From Dehalococcoidia bacterium (GTDB taxonomy: Bacteria; Chloroflexota; Dehalococcoidia; GIF9; AB-539-J10), in the NCBI GenBank assembly GCA_030612025.1, contig JAUWOR010000003.1:32001-96000 (forward strand): DNA of 64,000 bases, in the 5' to 3' direction. Shown piece by piece: positions 1 through 10,161 of this stretch. Each line of letters starts with the position of its first letter. Position 1 is the first letter of the stretch. Below the pieces are notes generated by a model. It was given only the letters and a program-made list of their open reading frames with translations, was not told the origin of the DNA and did no database searches. The translations under genes and the position numbers were made by a program.

Positions 1-780
1 TCGTAACTTGCTCGGCATTACATTTTCAATATTGTCATAGATTCCCTCGAGGCTGCCAAACTGCCGAATTAATTTCGTAGCTGTTTTCTCGCCAATTCCT
101 GGTACGCCGGGAATATTATCCGAAACATCACCAACCAAGGCTTTAAAATCAGTAATCTGCTCAGGCCTTATGCCATATTTTTGCTTAACTGCCTCCTCAT
201 CATAAAGGACAGTATCACTAAGGGTTCGCCTTGGCATGAGGGCTTTTATCTCCGGCAACACAAGTTGGAGCACGTCATTGTCACCAGTGACGATGATAGT
301 TTCACTACCCTGTTCACTAGCCTGCTTGCCTAAGGTGCCCAGAACATCGTCAGCCTCAAAGCCGTCAATTTCAAAGATAGGAATGTGAAAAGCATCTACT
401 AGCTGATGAACCCGCTTTATCTGACTTTTCAGTTCCTCTGGTGCCTTGGGACGCTGTGCTTTATACTCCTCGAACATCTCATGTCTGAAAGTTGGAGCTG
501 GGCGGTCAAAAGCCACCGCCCAATAAGTGGGCTTGAATTCGGCGAGCACCTTGAGCAAGGTGTTGGCAAAGCCATAAACAGCATTTACCATCTCCCCGGT
601 TTTAGATACCGTCAGTGGAGGCAAAGCATGAAAGGCACGATGCACTAAAGCATTGCCATCAAAAAGCAACAGCAAGGGTTTTTCTTTCTCGTTCTTTGTC
701 ATTCTGAGCCCTTCACTTCTTGCCATTCCGAGCAACTCCCTGTCATTCTGAGGGAGCGAAGCGACCGAAGAATCTCCCAT
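1..780 (-). CDS. polA: DNA polymerase I, N-terminal 5'-3' exonuclease part (runs off window start)
   Basis: Reverse strand reads ...MTKNEKEKPLLLLFDGNALVHRAFHALPPL...GFEADDVLGT...VTGDND...LVGDVSDNIPGVPGIGEKTA. In-frame ATG at 780 has a GAGGAGG SD; alternative ATG at 702. Absent from the ORF track because it is truncated. Confidence 0.95.
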   Translation of the reverse strand, partial: MGDSSVASLPQNDRELLGMARSEGLRMTKNEKEKPLLLLFDGNALVHRAFHALPPLTVSKTGEMVNAVYGFANTLLKVLAEFKPTYWAVAFDRPAPTFRHEMFEEYKAQRPKAPEELKSQIKRVHQLVDAFHIPIFEIDGFEADDVLGTLGKQASEQGSETIIVTGDNDVLQLVLPEIKALMPRRTLSDTVLYDEEAVKQKYGIRPEQITDFKALVGDVSDNIPGVPGIGEKTATKLIRQFGSLEGIYDNIENVMPSKLR

Positions 781-920
781 AGACTTCCTCCTCAACAATT
801 ATAGCATTTCTCCTCATTGCGGACTCTCCCTCCTGTCATTGCGAGGAGCATAAGCGACGAAGCAATCTCTAGGAAATACTCCACCACCGAGATTGCCACG
901 CCTTCGGCTCGCAATGACAG
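697..920. repeat. TGTCATT-type REP-like palindromic repeats (family A)
   Basis: tgtcattctgag...gaagaatct (741-775) and inverted pair tgtcattgcgag...gaagcaatctc / gagattgcc...ctcgcaatgaca (834-920). Confidence 0.85.
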
Positions 921-982
921 ATAGGACTTGATAAACGACCTCTCTATTATGCTACTTAACAGGCATGATATACTAAAGTCAT

Positions 983-1918
983 ATGAAGAGAGATTTGCTC
1001 TCGGTGTCCGACCTCAGCCGTGCGGAGATTGAGCAGCTCATAGAGCAGGCCTTAATTATGAAGCGGGGGGATACGCTGTGTCTCCTCTCAGGGAAAACCC
1101 TGGCTCTTCTCTTCGAGAAGCCTTCCTTGCGCACCAGGGTTAGCTTCGACCTAGCCATACATCAGTTAGGCGGGCACGCTATCTACCTGTCTCCAGGCGA
1201 GGTAGGCTTGGGCAGGCGAGAGGCGATTCCCGACGTAGCGCGGGTGCTCAGTCGCTATGTTGATGGTATTGTTGCCCGCACCTTTTCTCATCAGACTTTG
1301 CTCATTCTAGCCGAGCATTCCTCTGTGTCGGTAATTAATGCTCTCTCCGATTTGGAACATCCATGTCAGGTACTTTCTGACCTCCTCACCATATATGAAA
1401 AGAAAGGCAGGCTTGCCGGTTTGACTTTGGCTTTCATCGGCGATGGCAATAATGTAGCTCACAGCTTACTACTTGCTGCCTCACTTACAGGAATGAATTT
1501 CCATATTGCCTCCCCGCCGGGTTATGAAATTAAGAAAGAGGTATTGAATCAAAGCCGAGAACTTGCCGCTTCCAGTGGTAGCCAAATTGAGCTAACGGCC
1601 GAGCCTGGTGAGGCAGCCAAAGACGCCGACATAGTATATACTGATGTGTGGACTAGCATGGGACAGGAAGCCGAAGCAGAGAAACGGCGTCTTGCCTTTT
1701 CTGGCTATCAGGTAGATGAGAAGCTATTATCTTTAGCTAAAGGGGATGCTTTATTTATGCACCCTTTGCCAGCCCATCATGGTGAGGAAATCTCCGCCCA
1801 GCTACTAGATAGCCCCCAATCAGTGGTCTTTGACCAGGCAGCAAACAGGCTTCATCTGCAAAAGGCATTACTGGCTAAGATGCTCCCATCAACCCATCCA
1901 GGAGCAATAAGTAAATGA
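983..1918 (+). CDS. argF: Ornithine carbamoyltransferase
   Basis: FEKPSLRTR, HPCQ, GDGNNV, TDVWTSMG and HPLP motifs. Confidence 0.95.
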   Translation: MKRDLLSVSDLSRAEIEQLIEQALIMKRGDTLCLLSGKTLALLFEKPSLRTRVSFDLAIHQLGGHAIYLSPGEVGLGRREAIPDVARVLSRYVDGIVARTFSHQTLLILAEHSSVSVINALSDLEHPCQVLSDLLTIYEKKGRLAGLTLAFIGDGNNVAHSLLLAASLTGMNFHIASPPGYEIKKEVLNQSRELAASSGSQIELTAEPGEAAKDADIVYTDVWTSMGQEAEAEKRRLAFSGYQVDEKLLSLAKGDALFMHPLPAHHGEEISAQLLDSPQSVVFDQAANRLHLQKALLAKMLPSTHPGAISK

Positions 1919-3258
1919 CAAAACCAATCATAGCTATTGTAGGCCGGACTAATGTAGGTAAGTCCACCTTGCTCAACCGCTTGGCGGGCAAGCGCCTAGC
2001 TGTCGTTGCCGATTTACCGGGAACTACTCGGGATCGCGTTCTTGCTCCTGTTTCATGGCAGGGGAGAGAGCTAACTATGGTTGATAGCGGTGGCTGGCAA
2101 GCAAAGCCACAGACGACTTTAGATGAAATGGTTAAGCAGCAAGTGGAAGCAGCCATCAGCCATGCAAACGTCATTATTTTCCTTACCGATGCTAAGGAGG
2201 GGCTTATTCCCGCGGATGAAGAAATAGCCGATATATTGCGTGCTGCCAACAAGCCCGCAGTGTTAGCGGTAAATAAGGCAGATTCTGTAAAGCAAGGGGA
2301 TTCGGTGGCTGATTTTTATCGATTAGGTATCGGTACACCCGTAGCTATTAGTGCCTATCATAACCGAGGGATAGACGAGCTTATGGATGCTGTGCTAGCC
2401 TTTCTCCCCCCATCAACCGCCAGCTTTGTAGAGCCAGAAGAGGCTAAACTAGCTATTGTGGGACGCCCCAACGTAGGAAAGTCAACATTGCTGAATGCAC
2501 TGCTCGGCAATGAGAGGGCCATTGTCCATGAGGCTCCAGGGACTACTCGTGATACTCTTGATGCTATGGTCCGTTGGGATGATAAGAAGGTATTACTCAT
2601 TGATACTGCGGGTATTAAACGACGCGGCAAGGTTGGCGCTGGCGTTAACTACTACAGCCTGATTCGCGCCGTTCAAGCTATTAACCGATGCGATGTTACC
2701 TTATTACTAATCGATGCTGGTGAATTTATCACCGCCCAGGATATGCATATCGCTGGCTATATTATAGAAGTTGGCAAGGGTATGGTGTTAGTGGTTAATA
2801 AATGGGACCTCGTTCCTCAGGAACAGAGACAGCAATTCAAGCAGTATATGAAAAAGCGGCTTAGGTTTATGCCTTATGTGCCTGATCTTTACATCTCCGC
2901 CAAGTTAGGGCACAATATTGATAGAATCTTACCCCAAGCTTGGCAGGTATGGCAGGAAAGGCAGAAGCGTTTACCGAACTCAGCAGTTAACATGGTTATT
3001 AAACAAGCAGTAGACAGTCATCCCCCGCCTCGTATGGGCTCTAAACGATTGCACATCGCCCAAGCTTATCAAGACGAATCCAGACCTTCAGCTTTCGTGC
3101 TACAAGTTAATGACCCACATTTAGTCCACTTTTCCTACCAGAGGTACTTGGAGAATAAACTTCGCCATAGCTTTGGTTTTTGCGGCTCCCCTTTGCACCT
3201 GATTTTCATCAGGGCTAACAGTAAAAGGAGTAGAAGGACAAAGGTGGTGAAAACATGA
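1915..3258 (+). CDS. der: Ribosome biogenesis GTPase Der (EngA)
   Basis: Two GRxNVGKS P-loops, GTTRD twice, KH-like C-terminus. Confidence 0.97.
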   Translation: MTKPIIAIVGRTNVGKSTLLNRLAGKRLAVVADLPGTTRDRVLAPVSWQGRELTMVDSGGWQAKPQTTLDEMVKQQVEAAISHANVIIFLTDAKEGLIPADEEIADILRAANKPAVLAVNKADSVKQGDSVADFYRLGIGTPVAISAYHNRGIDELMDAVLAFLPPSTASFVEPEEAKLAIVGRPNVGKSTLLNALLGNERAIVHEAPGTTRDTLDAMVRWDDKKVLLIDTAGIKRRGKVGAGVNYYSLIRAVQAINRCDVTLLLIDAGEFITAQDMHIAGYIIEVGKGMVLVVNKWDLVPQEQRQQFKQYMKKRLRFMPYVPDLYISAKLGHNIDRILPQAWQVWQERQKRLPNSAVNMVIKQAVDSHPPPRMGSKRLHIAQAYQDESRPSAFVLQVNDPHLVHFSYQRYLENKLRHSFGFCGSPLHLIFIRANSKRSRRTKVVKT

Positions 3259-3890
3259 TAACTGCTAAATTCATTGCTGTGGTGGTCATTGCATATCTTC
3301 TTGGCTCCATTCCCTTTGGCTTGATCATAGGCAAACTTAAAAAAGGTGTTGATGTCAGAAAATATGGAAGTGGCAAGACTGGCGCCACTAATGTAATGCG
3401 CACCGTAGGGACCAAGTTTGGCATTTTAACCATAGTTCTTGATGTGGCTAAAGCTGCTGGAGCAGTGGTGCTAGCTGGAGTAATTATAGACAGCGGCGCC
3501 TTGACCATCGGCGGCATACCCCTCCACCAGATGGCTCAAGTCATGGCTGGCCTAGCAGCAGTGGCAGGGCATAACTGGCCTATATTTGCTAAATTTAAAG
3601 GTGGCCGCGGCGTGACTGCTTATTTTGGCACATTGCTTGCTATCTATCCTCCGGCAGCTATATTTGGAGTCGAAGTTCTAGCTATATCGGCATTGCGTAG
3701 CCGGCACATGTCCTTAGGCTCTATACTTGGAGCCCTAGCCGCTTGGTGTTTATTGATACCCTTAACTATTAATTATAATTCTCCCCCCGTTTATCTAGCT
3801 TATGGCTTAGCAGGTATAGCCTTGCTTGTCTACCAGCACCGCGGCAACATAAGCCGCTTACAGCTGGGCACAGAACGCCGATTATGGTGA
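3255..3890 (+). CDS. plsY: Glycerol-3-phosphate acyltransferase PlsY
   Basis: YLLGSIPFG, GSGKTGATN, GHNWP, FKGGRGV and HRGNI motifs. Confidence 0.95.
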   Translation: MITAKFIAVVVIAYLLGSIPFGLIIGKLKKGVDVRKYGSGKTGATNVMRTVGTKFGILTIVLDVAKAAGAVVLAGVIIDSGALTIGGIPLHQMAQVMAGLAAVAGHNWPIFAKFKGGRGVTAYFGTLLAIYPPAAIFGVEVLAISALRSRHMSLGSILGALAAWCLLIPLTINYNSPPVYLAYGLAGIALLVYQHRGNISRLQLGTERRLW

Positions 3891-3912
3891 AGAAAAAAGC
3901 TAGCCTTAAACC

Positions 3913-4899
3913 ATGCCTAAAACTACCATTATAGGCAATACTACCTGGGGTAACACTTTAGCTTCTTTGCTAAGTGATAAGGGGATAGCGGTAAAGCTAT
4001 GGGCGCGCAGCAAAGCCGAGGTTGAGGGGCTGAATCAGAAAACACGTAGCTACTCCCCTACCAGCCATATTGAAGAGGCTTTAGACAGGGCTGATCTGGT
4101 AATTTGGGCCGTTCCTTCACAAAAACTGAGGCAAAATGTTATTCAGGCTAAGAATTACTTAACCAATTCAATGCTATTGATGAGCGCTGCTAAGGGGTTA
4201 GAGGAGGATAGCGGTAAGAGGATGTCTCAAGTAATGGCAGAGGAAATTGCCCCCGCTTTAAGAAAGCAGATTTGCGTTCTTTCCGGTCCCAATTTGGCCA
4301 AAGAAATTGCTCAAGGCCTGCCTGCTGCCTCGGTAATCGCGGCACAGGATATAACTGTGGCTGAGAGAGCACGAGACCTGATGAATTCGCCTAAATTCCT
4401 TCTGTTCACTACCGATGATGTTATCGGGGTAGAGTTAGGTGGAGCTCTGAAAAATATCGTAGCTTTAGGCGCCGGGATGATCGATGGGTTGGGCCTGGGT
4501 GACAATGCTAAGGCTGCCTTCATCACTTGGAGCTGGACCGAAGTTATTTCCCTCGGGGTAGCCTTGGGAGCTAAGGTTAGCACTTTTTACGGTTTAGCTG
4601 GTTTAGGCGACTTAATAGCCACTTGTGCTAGCGCCTTGAGTCGCAATCACTACGTTGGTTACGAATTAGCTAAAGGGCGATCCTTGAAAAAAATATCTGC
4701 TTCTATGACACAGGTTGCCGAGGGGGTTTACACTGCCATGGCAGTTCATCAAATAATACGGAAGTTGACTTTGGAAACCCCTATTATCAATCTTATTTAT
4801 CAAGTCCTTTTTGAAAACTTGCCAGCAACTGAGGCACTGGCTGATTTCGGTGAGCTAACAAAGAGCCACGATCAACCCTCGTTAAATGCCTTAAGGTAA
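3913..4899 (+). CDS. gpsA: NAD(P)H-dependent glycerol-3-phosphate dehydrogenase
   Basis: [27 protein letters not shown] and AEG motifs; der-plsY-gpsA synteny. Confidence 0.95.
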   Translation: MPKTTIIGNTTWGNTLASLLSDKGIAVKLWARSKAEVEGLNQKTRSYSPTSHIEEALDRADLVIWAVPSQKLRQNVIQAKNYLTNSMLLMSAAKGLEEDSGKRMSQVMAEEIAPALRKQICVLSGPNLAKEIAQGLPAASVIAAQDITVAERARDLMNSPKFLLFTTDDVIGVELGGALKNIVALGAGMIDGLGLGDNAKAAFITWSWTEVISLGVALGAKVSTFYGLAGLGDLIATCASALSRNHYVGYELAKGRSLKKISASMTQVAEGVYTAMAVHQIIRKLTLETPIINLIYQVLFENLPATEALADFGELTKSHDQPSLNALR

Positions 4900-5964
4900 T
4901 TTGGCTTGGGGTAATATCTTAGCTAACTCTTCGAAAAGGCGTCGTTGCTTCCCATCTAAATGTTGCGGAGTAACTACCACAACTTTGACCAATTGATCAC
5001 CCTTCCCCCTAGCGTTAAGTTGCGGCACTCCCTTGCCTTTAAGGCGAAAAATCCTTCCATTCTGTGTGCCTGGTGGTATCCTTAGGCTTGCCTTCCCATC
5101 TAAAGAGGGCACTTCTATCTCATCACCTAGGGTAGCCTGAGCAAAATTAATGGGTAACTCACAAAGAATATCGCTCCCGTCTCTACAAAACAACTTATGT
5201 GGCCTCACTGAAAGGTCAATGTAGAGAGCGCCAGGCGCTCCTCCATACAAGCCAGCATCCCCCTCGCCATCGAGGTGCACTTGATAACCATCATCCACAC
5301 CGGCAGGAATATCCACCGTTAGCTTGCGTTTTACCTTTACTCGCCCCTTTCCACAGCATTGGGAGCAGGGGTGGGGGATTATAATGCCGCTGCCTTTACA
5401 ACGGGGGCAGGTGGTAATGTGGCTGAAGCGGCCAAAAATACTCTGCTGAACTTTTCTCACCTGTCCTGTCCCACGACACTCAGGGCAAGTTTGAGGATTC
5501 GTCCCTGGCTGGCTACCAATGCCCTGGCATGAAGGACAGTTCTCAATACGCTGTATTTCAACTTCTTTCTGACAGCCAAAGACTGCTTCCTCAAAAGAAA
5601 GAGTGAGGTGGGTTTGCAGACTATCCCCCCTTTGTGGAGCACGCTGGGCAGTCCTACCAAACGGACTCCCACCAAAACCACCGAAAAAGGATTCGAAAAT
5701 ATCACCTAGCCCACCAAAATCAGGAAACCCATGCCATTCTTCCGTAGCTACTCGACCATAGCGGTCGTAACTACTCCTTTTCTCCGGGTCAGAAAGGATC
5801 TGGTAAGCCTCATTTATTTCCTTAAATTTATCTTCTGCCCCAGGGTTTTTATTGTGGTCGGGATGATACTGAAAAGCCAGCTTGCGAAACGTCCTCTTGA
5901 TTTCCTCATCACTGGCGTTCCGCGGCACGCCCAACACTTCATAGTAATCTCGCTTTATCGCCAT
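4891..5964 (-). CDS. dnaJ: Chaperone DnaJ
   Basis: J-domain HPD, G/F-rich region, four CxxCxGxG repeats. Confidence 0.97.
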   Translation of the reverse strand: MAIKRDYYEVLGVPRNASDEEIKRTFRKLAFQYHPDHNKNPGAEDKFKEINEAYQILSDPEKRSSYDRYGRVATEEWHGFPDFGGLGDIFESFFGGFGGSPFGRTAQRAPQRGDSLQTHLTLSFEEAVFGCQKEVEIQRIENCPSCQGIGSQPGTNPQTCPECRGTGQVRKVQQSIFGRFSHITTCPRCKGSGIIIPHPCSQCCGKGRVKVKRKLTVDIPAGVDDGYQVHLDGEGDAGLYGGAPGALYIDLSVRPHKLFCRDGSDILCELPINFAQATLGDEIEVPSLDGKASLRIPPGTQNGRIFRLKGKGVPQLNARGKGDQLVKVVVVTPQHLDGKQRRLFEELAKILPQAKLP

Positions 5965-6144
5965 AGTTAGTTAACCCCAATCTTTTAGTATAGACCTTAA
6001 ACTGCCCTGTTGACAACTTTTATACGCAAGTATACGCAGATTGCCAAACTATCGAAACTTTACCCGTTTATTCTTATGAGCATGAAAGGCATATTTTGGG
6101 GACTATAGCCAGGATTTTGAAACAGCTCACTGAATTGCTAAAGT

Positions 6145-6163
6145 CTGAGAGTGGGGCTCTCAG
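6145..6163. terminator. Short hairpin, possible terminator
   Basis: ctgagag-tgggg-ctctcag inverted repeat. Confidence 0.35.
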
Positions 6164-6226
6164 TTAATCATTTCTTCTTTAGTCGCCGTCTTTCTATCGC
6201 TATCTACATCACTTCCCTCCTTTCTA

Positions 6227-6403
6227 GAGGCTGTTTAATTTTGCCTCAGATTGAAAACTAGACTTGCCTCATCCAGTTTTAATAACCTTCACCCCATGAT
6301 TCTCGTAATGCGCCCCTTTAGGGTCGTGCACGAGGCTACCCTGTGTAGTAATCTTCGCTACTACACAGGGCTAAAGCCTCGCACTACATTTCTAAACACC
6401 TTC
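6227..6403 (-). mobile_element. MITE-like element with internal GTAG-REP pair (subtype 1)
   Basis: Ends gaggctgtttaa / ctaaacaccttc; near-identical reverse complement of 24131-24309. Confidence 0.8.
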
Positions 6404-6530
6404 TTCTATTTTCCTGGGTAGCCCTGCTCGCACAGCTAATAAACATTATACTGAGCCCTTAAAAATGTTTATAATATAAAAGGGATGGAAGAAATTAAGC
6501 GAGATAAAGTATATCAGGAGGAATAGAACC

Positions 6531-8963
6531 ATGACACCGGAGAAATTTACCGAGCAAGCTCAAGAGGTCTTAGCGGCATCACAGGAGTTAGTTCGACGCT
6601 ATCACCACAATCAATGGGATGTGGAACATGTCCTATTAGCTTTGCTGGAGCAACAAGGGGGGGTAACTATAGACATATTACGAGAACTAGGTGTGGATGT
6701 TGAGGCAATGAAAAGGCGAGTGGAGGCGACGCTGCAAAGCTACCCCACGGTAGCTTATGAGGGAACGCAAATTTATGCTACACCACGAATTTCCCAGCTT
6801 ATGCAGAATGCTCGCCAGGAGGCTGACAGGCTTAAGGATGAGTTCATCAGCACGGAACATCTGCTCATTGCCATTGCTGCCGAAGGCAGGGGCGAAGCCA
6901 CGGCAATCCTAGCCGAATTTGGCCTCAACCAAGAAAGGATTTACCAAGCTTTGCGCAAAATTCGCGGTGCCCATCGGGTTACTGACCAACATGCGGAAAG
7001 CAAATATCGCTCTCTGGAAAAATATGGACATGACCTCACCGAGCTAGCTCGTCAAGGTAAACTCGACCCAGTAATTGGCCGGGAGAAGGAAGTCAAGCGT
7101 GTAATACAGATACTCTCACGCCGCACCAAGAATAACCCTGTGCTTATTGGTGACGCCGGCGTAGGCAAGACAGCCATCGCGGAGGGTTTAGCCCAGAAGA
7201 TTGTCGCTGGGGATGCCCCCGACTCCCTCAAAGAGAAAAGGGTGGTTGCCTTGGATATGGGAGCTTTAGTGGCAGGGAGCAAATTCCGAGGGGAATTTGA
7301 AGAGAGGCTAAAAGCGGTCTTAGACGAAGTCCGTCAGGCGAGTGGAGAAGTCATTCTGTTTATTGACGAGCTTCATACCGTAGTAGGAGCCGGGGCTGCT
7401 GAGGGAGCAATTGATGCCAGCAATATGCTTAAGCCAGCGTTGGCTCGTGGTGAACTTCAATGTATCGGAGCTACCACTCTTGATGAATATCGAAAACGCA
7501 TTGAGAAGGACGCAGCATTGGCAAGGAGGTTCCAGCCTGTCTTCATTGGCGAACCCAGTGTAGAAACAACCATAGAGATGCTTCGAGGACTTCGCCCTAG
7601 ATATGAAGCCCATCATAAGATAAAAATCGATGATTTAGCTCTAGTAGCTGCGGCCAAGCTAAGCCAGAGATATATCTCCGATAGATTCTTGCCTGATAAG
7701 GCCGTTGACCTAATCGATGAAGCCGCCAGCAAACTACGCATTGACATGGAAAGTGCCCCAGAGGAAGTTAAAAAACTAGACCGGGAGATAAAGCATTTGC
7801 GTGATGAGGAAGAAGCTGCTTCACAACGGAGAGCCTACCAAAGGGCAGCGGAGCTGAAAGCAAAAAGATTGAGGTTAGAACAGGAATACAATAATGCCAA
7901 ACTTCAGTGGCAGCAGGAAGGGAAAATTGACGGTGTGGTGGACGAGGAGGATGTTGCTCAGCTAGTTTCCCAATGGACAGGCATCCCGGTCTCTCGAATG
8001 CTTGAAAGTGAAAGTGACAAATTGGTTCACATGGAAGAGGGGCTTCACCAGAGGATAGTGGACCAGGAGGAGGCGGTGGCAGCCATTTCCGAAGCTATCC
8101 GACGGGGCCGAGCCGGACTTAAGGATCCTAAGCGCCCCATTGGTAGTTTTATTTTTCTCGGTCCCACTGGCGTAGGCAAGACAGAGCTAGCTCGAGCTTT
8201 GGCACAATTCCTCTTCGACGATGAAGAGGCCATGGTGAGATTGGACATGTCAGAATATATGGAAAAACATACCGTATCTCGCCTCATTGGCGCACCACCT
8301 GGCTATGTAGGGTATGAAGAAGGTGGTCAGTTAACTGAGGCGGTGAGGCGTCGCCCTTACCGAGTCATTCTCTTCGATGAGGTGGAGAAGGCACATACTG
8401 AGGTATTTAACATACTATTGCAGCTACTAGAGGACGGCCGGCTTACCGATGGGCATGGCAGAACCGTGGATTTCAAAAACACAGTGGTGATTATGACCAG
8501 CAACTTGGGCACCGAGGAATTCCAGCGCCAGGCTATTGGCTTCCACCATAGGGACGAAGCAGATGAACAAAGAATGAGGAAAACCATAGAAAGTGCTTTG
8601 AAGCAAACTTTCCGCCCTGAATTGCTTAATAGAATAGACGATGTCATTATATTTCATCCTTTGACCGAGGAGAACTTGAAGAGCATTGTTGACTTGCTCG
8701 TTCGAGAGGTAGAGCAGAGGTTGGCTGAACGGAATATCAAGATCGAGATCGGTCCTGAAGCCAAAGCTTGGCTGGTAAAAAGAGGCTATGACCCAGTATA
8801 TGGGGCTCGCCCCCTACGTCGGGCTATCCAGAGATATGTGGAAAATCCACTATCAACCAAGATATTAAAGGGTGAGTCTAAGGAGGGAGACACCATAGCT
8901 ATCGGTGTAGAAGGAGATAACCTAAGCTTTACCACTACAAAATCTGCCGAGGCAAGGATATAA
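6531..8963 (+). CDS. Clp/Hsp100 AAA+ ATPase (ClpC-like: short middle domain, IGF loop)
   Basis: Clp N repeats, GDAGVGKT and GPTGVGKT Walker A motifs, QAIGF. Confidence 0.9.
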   Translation: MTPEKFTEQAQEVLAASQELVRRYHHNQWDVEHVLLALLEQQGGVTIDILRELGVDVEAMKRRVEATLQSYPTVAYEGTQIYATPRISQLMQNARQEADRLKDEFISTEHLLIAIAAEGRGEATAILAEFGLNQERIYQALRKIRGAHRVTDQHAESKYRSLEKYGHDLTELARQGKLDPVIGREKEVKRVIQILSRRTKNNPVLIGDAGVGKTAIAEGLAQKIVAGDAPDSLKEKRVVALDMGALVAGSKFRGEFEERLKAVLDEVRQASGEVILFIDELHTVVGAGAAEGAIDASNMLKPALARGELQCIGATTLDEYRKRIEKDAALARRFQPVFIGEPSVETTIEMLRGLRPRYEAHHKIKIDDLALVAAAKLSQRYISDRFLPDKAVDLIDEAASKLRIDMESAPEEVKKLDREIKHLRDEEEAASQRRAYQRAAELKAKRLRLEQEYNNAKLQWQQEGKIDGVVDEEDVAQLVSQWTGIPVSRMLESESDKLVHMEEGLHQRIVDQEEAVAAISEAIRRGRAGLKDPKRPIGSFIFLGPTGVGKTELARALAQFLFDDEEAMVRLDMSEYMEKHTVSRLIGAPPGYVGYEEGGQLTEAVRRRPYRVILFDEVEKAHTEVFNILLQLLEDGRLTDGHGRTVDFKNTVVIMTSNLGTEEFQRQAIGFHHRDEADEQRMRKTIESALKQTFRPELLNRIDDVIIFHPLTEENLKSIVDLLVREVEQRLAERNIKIEIGPEAKAWLVKRGYDPVYGARPLRRAIQRYVENPLSTKILKGESKEGDTIAIGVEGDNLSFTTTKSAEARI

Positions 8964-8972
8964 TACTAGACC

Positions 8973-9542
8973 GTGAAATTGAAACCCACCAAGCGGGAGG
9001 CCATCGTAGGGGGCTTATCCCTAACAATTACTATAGCACTCTGTGTTCTTATTATTCAGCATCGAGGTTATCTGGGTGAGATAAGGCGCTGGGGTTATCT
9101 TGGTTGCTTTATCATCAACACGCTTGCTAGCGGGACCCTAGCTGTCCCTGGATTTGGTATCTTAGTTACATTCACTTTAGGCGGGGTGTTAAATCCGGCA
9201 ATAGTGGGCGCTGTAGCTGGAATTGGCGAAACTATAGGTGCTGTGGGTGCTTATTTCACTGGCTACGGTGGCAGGGGGTTATTGCGAGATAACAACAGCG
9301 CTCTTTATACTCGCTTTACCAATATACTACACCGCCATGGTTCTAAGAGTGTTTTCCTTATGGCATCAGTTGTCAATCCCATTTATTATCCCTTCGCTGT
9401 GTTTATGGGCATGCTTCGCTTTGGTCTAACCAGGTTTTTCCTCTTGACTTGGGCCGGGAGGACAATCAAAAGCATGGTTCTGGCTTACCTGGGATACTTT
9501 GGCTTACGGTCTATATTGCAGTGGCTGGGGCTAAGTTTCTAG
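8973..9542 (+). CDS. VTT/DedA-family membrane protein
   Basis: Hydrophobic; GxxxGxxxxYxxG and GRxIK motifs. Confidence 0.7.
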   Translation: MKLKPTKREAIVGGLSLTITIALCVLIIQHRGYLGEIRRWGYLGCFIINTLASGTLAVPGFGILVTFTLGGVLNPAIVGAVAGIGETIGAVGAYFTGYGGRGLLRDNNSALYTRFTNILHRHGSKSVFLMASVVNPIYYPFAVFMGMLRFGLTRFFLLTWAGRTIKSMVLAYLGYFGLRSILQWLGLSF

Positions 9543-9582
9543 CTTGAGTTTTCTAAGATTTCTTGCTATAGTTTTTAAAAGT

Positions 9583-9658
9583 GGGGCTGTAGCTCAATTG
9601 GGAGAGCGTTTGACTGGCAGTCAAAAGGTAGTGGGTTCGAATCCCATCAGCTCCACCA
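9583..9658 (+). tRNA. tRNA-Ala(GGC)
   Basis: Cloverleaf GGGGCTG...CAGCTCC-ACCA; anticodon arm tttga-ctGGCag-tcaaa. Confidence 0.97.
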
Positions 9659-9770
9659 TGATAGAAAGCAGGTAGAATTCCTCTCCGCTCCTCGAGAATT
9701 TCATCAGGTGGTAGAGGCATTATATATGTGAGAACCATTTCTTTTTTACCCTCACCTCTTTTGCGAAACT
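9659..9770 (-). pseudogene. C-terminal remnant of a large serine recombinase abutting the tRNA 3' end
   Basis: Minus strand reads SFAKEVRV(frameshift)EMVLTYIMPLPPDEILEERRGILPAFYHGG, then runs into the tRNA. Resembles C-termini of tRNA-targeting serine integrases (recalled similarity). Confidence 0.55.
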
Positions 9771-9900
9771 ACAGTAATGGTATCCAGAGCGTCTGATATT
9801 CTGCGACAGATGCCTGAGCTCGTTCAGATAGATGGGCGACACTTTAAAGTATAAGGGGATCTTTCGCTTTATGGTTGAGACACAGACTGGCTAGCTTTTG

Positions 9901-10080
9901 TGTCATTGCGAGCGAAGCGAAGCAATCCCACAAAAAAGAAACCAAATAGGAGATTGCTTCGGCACTGAAATGCCTCGTAATGACAGCCGTCCTTTGTCAC
10001 CCTGAACGAAGTGAAGGGGCTGTGAGATTCTTCGCCTTCGGCTCAGAATGACAATAGGGAGCGGCTCCTCGCAATGACAA
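9901..10080. repeat. Cluster of family A REP-like palindromes
   Basis: tgtcattgcgagcgaagcgaagcaatc ... gagattgcttcg...aatgaca; tgtcaccctgaacgaagtgaagg ... gagattcttcgccttcggctcagaatgaca. Confidence 0.85.
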
Positions 10081-10161
10081 GGAAGTCAAGTGTCGCTAAT
10101 CTTATGGAACGAGTACAAAGGCCTTTAATTTACCTTAAAATTAGGTTAAACTTCTACCGAT

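Noticed and set aside
6168-6209. Genome-wide amber recoding, suggested by in-frame TAGs here (minus strand M*IAIERRRLKKK*), at 27407 and near 39653
   Set aside because: Many intact genes (proC, clpC, ispF, folP) end correctly at TAG, and two of the three cases show other signs of decay.
9901-10080. Clustered palindromic repeats as a CRISPR array (also 697-920, 31365-31619, 62083-62320)
   Set aside because: The copies are inverted, irregularly spaced, diverged and dispersed, with no spacer periodicity and no cas genes.
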